The notes under the pieces were generated by a model. It saw nothing but the letters and a program-made list of their open reading frames with translations. It was not told where the DNA came from and did no database searches. A stretch of 64,000 nt of DNA from Candidatus Saccharimonadota bacterium (lineage in GTDB: Bacteria > Patescibacteriota > Saccharimonadia > Saccharimonadales > Saccharimonadaceae): contig JAFVBJ010000003.1 of the NCBI GenBank assembly GCA_017480035.1, forward strand, positions 298,126 to 362,125. Reading direction: 5' to 3'. This document shows positions 59,151-64,000 of the stretch, one piece after another. A program made the translations under genes and the position numbers. Numbering within the stretch: position 1 is the first letter of the stretch; every line of letters starts with the position of its first letter.

Positions 59151-60223
59151 TGGAAAATATCAATTCATACATCGCTTGTCAGAAAAAGCGAGTCTCTATT
59201 TTTAACCCAATAAACGACGTCGACGCGATGATTCTCGCCCGCTTTTCCTATCTCCCATTTCATAAAATTAAGTTAGGGGAGAGGGAAACTATCGGCTCAA
59301 TTTGCCAAAAAATGACAGAAAAACTCAAAGTCGAGGATTTTGCTTGGCCGGATGATTATGAATATGTCCAGAAAATGTTCGTCTCAAAACGTTTCAAAAA
59401 TATGCGCGTGACCGATTATGTCCGCAAAAACTCAGAGAAAATCGAACGCCAATTTTCTGCCGTCACTATCCACACTACCTACTACGAAATGTACCTTAGT
59501 TTTTTCGGTACAGATGATACGCTTGTCGGCTGGAAAGAAGATTTTAATCTTGCTTTTCTCGATGTCATTCCGGCCCAAAAAGCTGGCGCAGAATATCTCG
59601 CCGCAGTACACCGAAAATATCCCACAAAATTACTTCGTCTCGGCGGTCATTCAAAAGGTGGAAATATCGCGATGTATTCCGCAATCACCGCGAAAGATTC
59701 ATGGCAACGTCGCATGTTGAAAATCTATAATTTTGACGGCCCGGGACTCCGCAAGGGAACTGCCGCACTCGACACTGGCTCCGAAAAAGTTCTCCGCAAA
59801 ATCCGCAGCTTCATTCCGCAAGGTTCGGTTATCGGCCGCCTTTTCGAACACAAAGAAAAAGTCCGCGTCGTGAAATCTGTCGGGAATAATCTCTATCAGC
59901 ACGACCTCTACACTTGGCAGATTAGTGGCAAAAACATCGTTCCGTCCTCAACCACAAAAGCTTCCGACCTTGCCGACAAAACCATCACGAATTGGCTCGA
60001 ATCTGCCTCGAAAGAAGACCAAAAAATCTTCATCAACTCGATTTTCAAAGTTTTTGCTTCCGCAAACGTCAATACTCCGCTCGAACTAAAAGCTAATTTC
60101 TTAAAATTCACCCCGACTTTATTGAAAGCTTATCGTAGCCTCCCGAAAGAACAGCGCAAAGTCATCATGGAAATCTGGAAAAAACTCGCCATCTCTTTCA
60201 TGAAAGCTAGGAAGGAAAAATAA
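59150..60223 (+). CDS. DUF2974 (Mbeg1-like) alpha/beta-hydrolase, lipase-like
   Basis: FSAVT, FFGTDDTLVGWKEDF, GGHSKGGNIA (GxSxG), FDGPG, HDLYTW. Confidence 0.82.
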   Translation: MENINSYIACQKKRVSIFNPINDVDAMILARFSYLPFHKIKLGERETIGSICQKMTEKLKVEDFAWPDDYEYVQKMFVSKRFKNMRVTDYVRKNSEKIERQFSAVTIHTTYYEMYLSFFGTDDTLVGWKEDFNLAFLDVIPAQKAGAEYLAAVHRKYPTKLLRLGGHSKGGNIAMYSAITAKDSWQRRMLKIYNFDGPGLRKGTAALDTGSEKVLRKIRSFIPQGSVIGRLFEHKEKVRVVKSVGNNLYQHDLYTWQISGKNIVPSSTTKASDLADKTITNWLESASKEDQKIFINSIFKVFASANVNTPLELKANFLKFTPTLLKAYRSLPKEQRKVIMEIWKKLAISFMKARKEK

Positions 60224-60861
60224 TGTCAACTCGCAAATTTGAGCTCGACCAGCATTTCTTAAAATCTCCGAAACTTGCTTTGATGTTGATTGGTCATAGT
60301 AATATTCGAAAAAACGATACTGTCGTCGAAATTGGTGCTGGCTCTGGCGTCATCACAACCGCACTCAGCAAGCGCTGCAAAAAAGTCATCGCAATCGAAC
60401 CGGACCACGAAACTGCTGAAAAACTTCGCGAAAATCTCCGGAAATTCGGCAGTAAAAACGTCGAGATTGTCGAAAAAGATTTTCGTGATGTGAAATTTCC
60501 GTCCGAACCATACAAAATCTTTGCGAACCCTCCCTTTCGCTATTCTTCTGAAATTTTCTACAAACTCTTAAATCTCGAAAATCAGGGCGGTAAAATCGTC
60601 AAAAAACAGGGAGAATGTTGTAATTTTGACAACACTCTGCCAAAATCAATCTACCTCATTCTTCAGAAAAATCTTGCTCTGAAACTTATTCAAACGGATC
60701 GCCATTATACTTCCCAGCTAGGGTATCTTCTCCAGGAAAAATACACTACGAAAATCCGCTTTCCTCTTCGAAAAACGGATTTCACTCCTCCTCCAGCTGT
60801 TGATACGGTGCTTTTTGAAGCGAAGCTTATTTCAACCCAGCCTCAAGATAATAAGTCTTGA
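60223..60861 (+). CDS. Erm/KsgA-family rRNA adenine N6-methyltransferase, second and shorter paralog
   Basis: LDQHFL, VVEIGAGSGVIT, AIEPD, KIFANPPF, DFTPPPAVDT. Confidence 0.8.
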   Translation: MSTRKFELDQHFLKSPKLALMLIGHSNIRKNDTVVEIGAGSGVITTALSKRCKKVIAIEPDHETAEKLRENLRKFGSKNVEIVEKDFRDVKFPSEPYKIFANPPFRYSSEIFYKLLNLENQGGKIVKKQGECCNFDNTLPKSIYLILQKNLALKLIQTDRHYTSQLGYLLQEKYTTKIRFPLRKTDFTPPPAVDTVLFEAKLISTQPQDNKS

Positions 60862-61576
60862 CTTGGTCCCAGCCCCAGCTCGTGTCGAAGCCGGTCGTCT
60901 CAAGCCCGCCGAATTTGAAGTATGGCATCCCGGACGTCCCCGATTTTTCCATAATTTTTGCAGCTTTTTTCGTGTTTTCTCGTACATGCTCGAGCTGTGA
61001 ATGATTCTTATAACAGTCCTTAAACGAGTCGCCTAGCCCGACTTCGTATCCAATCTCAAGCCAGTAATCTGCGGTCATTCCTTCGATTTTCGGCGCTGTT
61101 TTTGAGTTTCCGATGCCTTTTGAATGGTAATCTTCGTTGAGTGATGTCATTGTATTGTGATAATATTCCCAGAATTTTCCTTCTTCCGTCGCACAGAGCG
61201 TTGCTTCTGCCGCCTGTTCGGATTTTGCGCCCGCCTCACCGTATTCATTCAAGAAATCCGTGATTCTCATCTCATAGACCACGTCATTATCTTTGAGCCA
61301 CTGTTCAAATTCGTCTTGATGCGACATAATTGCGCGCGAGAAATAATCACAATACGGACACATAATATCTGTCGTCATGACATAATGGTTCTTCGCGTCT
61401 TTATTCCCGAGAATTGTTCTTTCGTCCCAAATCGCGTTCAAATCGTCGCTCTTTGGTGTTCCAATCACAATTAGCGAAATAATCGCAATCGCAATCAAAA
61501 CTAGCACAATCACGCGAATCACAACTCCTACCGCGCCGTTTCCGCCGCCAATTTTTTCGTAATCTGAATCGTTCAT
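60827..61576 (-). CDS. Membrane-anchored DsbA/thioredoxin-fold oxidoreductase
   Basis: N-terminal TM; LGNKDAK, DIMCPYC, SGMPYF cis-Pro loop. Confidence 0.82.
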   Translation of the reverse strand: MNDSDYEKIGGGNGAVGVVIRVIVLVLIAIAIISLIVIGTPKSDDLNAIWDERTILGNKDAKNHYVMTTDIMCPYCDYFSRAIMSHQDEFEQWLKDNDVVYEMRITDFLNEYGEAGAKSEQAAEATLCATEEGKFWEYYHNTMTSLNEDYHSKGIGNSKTAPKIEGMTADYWLEIGYEVGLGDSFKDCYKNHSQLEHVRENTKKAAKIMEKSGTSGMPYFKFGGLETTGFDTSWGWDQVKTYYLEAGLK

Positions 61577-62184
61577 TTTTTGCTTCCTTTCTTTCTAAAT
61601 TCCTCAGATTTTATTATTGCATACGTCTCAAAACCAACTTTTTTCAGTGCAAATAGCGCTATTAAAATCGAAAGGATTGTTAGTACCCAACTCACCGTTC
61701 CCGCAATCGCCATCCCAGAGCTTCCGGCAATCGAGATGATGATTGGTGCTAGAATCGTCGTTCCGCAAGTCGGGCAACCCGAGCCAAGCACAATCAGACC
61801 TGTGATAATCCCAGCATTCTGGAGATTCGCGGTATCTTTTCGATATTTATAAACATAAACCACCAGCCCAATCAGCGTCGATTGTAAAATTGTCACGAGA
61901 AAGATAAATAGAAAGTCAGAAAACTCTCGATTCACTCCAAAAGTGCCGAGAAAAGCGTTGAAAAGCAGGGAAATTTTATCGAAAAATCCTACTCTCATCA
62001 AAATTCCGAAGCTTGCGCCGCCAGAAGCAAGTAAATTCAGCAACGTCCCGAAGAACACGAAAGCAATCAAAAAGGTGATCACGAAGCGTTTTTTGCGAGT
62101 CGCAAGCAAAACTCCATAAAACGCAAGCTTGAATTCATCAAGCCACCTCGAGAGCTTTGAATAAATTTTCTTACCTCCAGCCAT
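61573..62184 (-). CDS. Four-TM membrane protein with a CxxC motif
   Basis: Start ATG 62184 after TGATATACT; LGSGCPTCGTTIL; 4-nt overlap with the dsbA-like gene. Confidence 0.75.
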   Translation of the reverse strand: MAGGKKIYSKLSRWLDEFKLAFYGVLLATRKKRFVITFLIAFVFFGTLLNLLASGGASFGILMRVGFFDKISLLFNAFLGTFGVNREFSDFLFIFLVTILQSTLIGLVVYVYKYRKDTANLQNAGIITGLIVLGSGCPTCGTTILAPIIISIAGSSGMAIAGTVSWVLTILSILIALFALKKVGFETYAIIKSEEFRKKGSKK

Positions 62185-62323
62185 ATATATAAGTATATCA
62201 TGAAAAAACGCTAGGAATATAAAATCGTCGAAAAATTGAATTACCCCAGCAAAACCGAACAAAAATTTTCGAAACCGAACGAAAAACGCTCATGCGATAA
62301 CATAAAAAAACTAAAAATCAATA

Positions 62324-62351
62324 TTGACAATCATTTTGCTCGTGCTAAAAT
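62324..62351 (+). promoter_or_regulatory. Sigma70 promoter with extended -10 and A-rich upstream tract
   Basis: TTGACA 62324-62329, TGC-TAAAAT 62343-62351. Confidence 0.75.
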
Positions 62352-62357
62352 TAAAGT

Positions 62358-62495
62358 AAGATTTGAGCGTTGTTGAGAGAAGCTCGAATCGAAAAATCCG
62401 GGTGGAGTGTGAAGTTAATTTGGCTAATTGCTATGAACTAGCAACCACCTAGAAATTAACTTGAAAAAGAAATACGCCAATCAAGGCGTATTTTT
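62358..62495 (+). ncRNA. Candidate ~138-nt structured small RNA
   Basis: Lies between a promoter and a terminator; two hairpins; no ORF. Confidence 0.5.
62470..62495 (+). terminator. Intrinsic terminator
   Basis: AAATACGCC/GGCGTATTT plus T tract. Confidence 0.8.
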
Positions 62496-62610
62496 ATAGC
62501 AGTTTCGCTGAAAATATGATAAAATAAGTCTACGGTGCTGTAGGCAGAAGCCTTCATCGCCGGCATTCGCAAAAGATGCCAAAGCAAACTTTGTCACCCT
62601 TTGCTCATTT

Positions 62611-62684
62611 GGCGCTGTGGCGGAGTGGTTACGCAGAGGTCTGCAAAACCTTGTACACCGGTTCAATTCCGGTCGGCGCCTCCA
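62611..62684 (+). tRNA. tRNA-Cys(GCA)
   Basis: GGCGCTG/CGGCGCC acceptor, U73, GAGGT-CT GCA AA-ACCTT, CCA. Confidence 0.95.
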
Positions 62685-62764
62685 CGACGAATGAAAGCAA
62701 GCTTTCTTCGTCGTGTTCGGCACCTTGATTGCCTAACGGTAAAACGGCGCCTCCAAATTTATTA

Positions 62765-62849
62765 GCCCTGGTGGCGGAATTGGTATACGCGTTCGACTTA
62801 AAATCGAATGGAGAAATCCATATGGGTTCAAGTCCCATCCGGGGCACCA
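62765..62849 (+). tRNA. tRNA-Leu(TAA)
   Basis: GCCCTGG/CCGGGGC acceptor, TTCGA-CT TAA AA-TCGAA, CCA. Confidence 0.95.
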
Positions 62850-62939
62850 CTGGTACGACCCGCACCATCGCGGTGAAAACATTAAAAGAAAAATAGCTTG
62901 AAATATCATCAAAATTTGTTATAATAAACATACATTCAT

Positions 62940-63016
62940 GCGAATGTAGCTCAGTTGTTTAGAGCGCTTCCTTGCCAAGGAAGAGGTCGAGAGTTAGAGT
63001 CTCTTCATTCGCACCA
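62940..63016 (+). tRNA. tRNA-Gly(GCC) with U19/A56 and A73
   Basis: GCGAATG/CATTCGC acceptor, CTTCC-TT GCC AA-GGAAG, T-loop TTAGAGT, CCA. Confidence 0.92.
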
Positions 63017-63060
63017 CTAAGTGCCGGTTGACCCCCCTCAGCCGGCACTTAGTGGTTTTA
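63013..63060 (+). terminator. Long hairpin terminator overlapping the tRNA-Gly ACCA end
   Basis: ACCACTAAGTGCCGGTTGA/TCAGCCGGCACTTAGTGGT followed by TTT. Confidence 0.75.
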
Positions 63061-63128
63061 GGCCTAAAAAACTATCGATTTTTTTGCATAAGTTTGATAT
63101 AATAGATACATAATTAAAAGGAGATAAA

Positions 63129-63725
63129 ATGTCAACTGGGACAATCATTCTCATCGTAGTCATCGCAGTCGTTGTACTTCTGCTCTTGATCGTGATGGGC
63201 TCATATAACGGATTAGTAAAACTTAACGAACGCGTCGAGGAAGCTTGGTCTGACATCACGGTCCAATTAAAGCGCCGTGCCGACCTCATCCCAAACCTCG
63301 TCGAAACCGTCAAGGGCTACACTAAACACGAAAACGAAGCTATTAAAATGGTTTCCGAAGCTCGCGCAAAAATGATGGGCGCTCGCTCGGTTTCACAAAC
63401 TGCTGAAGCTGATAAAAGCTTCATGGGCGCACTTTCGCGTATCATGGCCGTCTCTGAATCATACCCAGAGCTCAAAGCCGATGCAAACTTCCGCCAACTC
63501 ACCGAAGAGTTGACCGACACCGAGGACAAAGTCCAAGCCGCTCGTCGTTTCTACAACGCTGGTGTTAAGGAATTCAACACAAAGACGAAAGTCTTCCCAA
63601 CAGTCCTCATCAACAACATGTTCCTTCACTTCAAACAACGCGAATATTACGAGGTTGACGAAGAAGAAGCAAAACGCATCGACAAAGCTCCAACTGTCAG
63701 CTTTGACGACAAGAAAGAGAAATAA
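63129..63725 (+). CDS. lemA: LemA family protein
   Basis: SYNGLV, EAWSDITVQLKRRADLIPNLVETVKGY, ESYPELKA, ARRFYN. Confidence 0.95.
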   Translation: MSTGTIILIVVIAVVVLLLLIVMGSYNGLVKLNERVEEAWSDITVQLKRRADLIPNLVETVKGYTKHENEAIKMVSEARAKMMGARSVSQTAEADKSFMGALSRIMAVSESYPELKADANFRQLTEELTDTEDKVQAARRFYNAGVKEFNTKTKVFPTVLINNMFLHFKQREYYEVDEEEAKRIDKAPTVSFDDKKEK

Positions 63726-63730
63726 ATCGC

Positions 63731-64000
63731 ATGTACAAGCAAATCGCAGCCAACAAACGCAACACTGTTATCATCATGATTGGATTCGTGATGCTAATCT
63801 CTGCTATTGGCTGCGCTTTTGCTTATGCTTTTAACGACTGGTATATCACAGTTTATGTGCTAGTCGTTAGCAGCATTTATGCTTTAATACAATATTTCGC
63901 CTCGACGAAACTCGCTGTTGCGATGACTGGCGCGAAAAAAATCGACAAAAAGGATAATAAACGCCTCTTTACTATCGTTGAAAATCTCGCGATTACCGCC
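63731..64000 (+). CDS. htpX: M48 zinc metalloprotease HtpX (3'-partial)
   Basis: MYKQIAANKRNT...TM helices...TIVENLAI directly after lemA; not in the ORF track because it runs off the window. Confidence 0.85.
   Translation, partial: MYKQIAANKRNTVIIMIGFVMLISAIGCAFAYAFNDWYITVYVLVVSSIYALIQYFASTKLAVAMTGAKKIDKKDNKRLFTIVENLAITA

Noticed and set aside
11716-62374. Shared 12-mer TGAGCGTTGTTG in the MTase intergenic region and the candidate sRNA
   Set aside because: Opposite orientation relative to the predicted transcripts; a single 12-mer match is plausible by chance in a window this size
62395-62412. GGGTGGA and AGAGA resemble T-box or RNase P signatures
   Set aside because: No UGGNACC antiterminator bulge, no specifier stem, no RNase P P4 3' strand, and far too short
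1-64000. CRISPR array, rRNA, tmRNA, integrase, IS transposase, prophage
   Set aside because: No regularly spaced repeats, rRNA or tmRNA signatures, or tyrosine recombinase, transposase or phage structural motifs were seen

Overview
Window from a small-genome, tightly packed bacterium using code 11 (TGA serves as stop). The gene set points to Candidatus Saccharibacteria (Patescibacteria/CPR), probably a gut or rumen lineage (inference). Supporting genes: VirB6/TrbL-like giant membrane protein, GFTIIE-type pilin, HTH-MurA, class I aldolase, TRM11-like methyltransferase, alpha2-type GlyRS. Content is mostly housekeeping: murB/murA/murJ, ftsK, ftsH, rpsF-ssb-rpsR-efp, pgi/gpmI/galU/fba, pcrA, uvrA, sbcB, xseAB, recO, glyS, hisS, lemA-htpX. 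It also holds 8 tRNAs, surface proteins and a few AT-rich accessory genes beside tRNAs. No CRISPR array, rRNA or transposase is visible. Most notable: (1) a stand-alone serine recombinase resembling the Bacteroides Mpi master DNA invertase; (2) extended -10 boxes 6-9 nt upstream of about 18 start codons, implying widespread leaderless mRNAs, plus an 18-bp bidirectional promoter (10-nt gaps); (3) an ORF-less ~138-nt RNA with its own promoter, terminator and possible pseudoknot; (4) multi-hairpin micro-elements that duplicate or sequester tRNA ends; (5) a tRNA-Gly(GCC) with compensatory U19-A56 and A73; (6) unusual proteins: membrane-anchored half-dead Clp ATPase, dead PfkB-aldolase fusion, sensor-less kinase plus output-less receiver, DsbA plus CxxC membrane partner. 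All product calls come from motif recognition by eye; no database searches were run.
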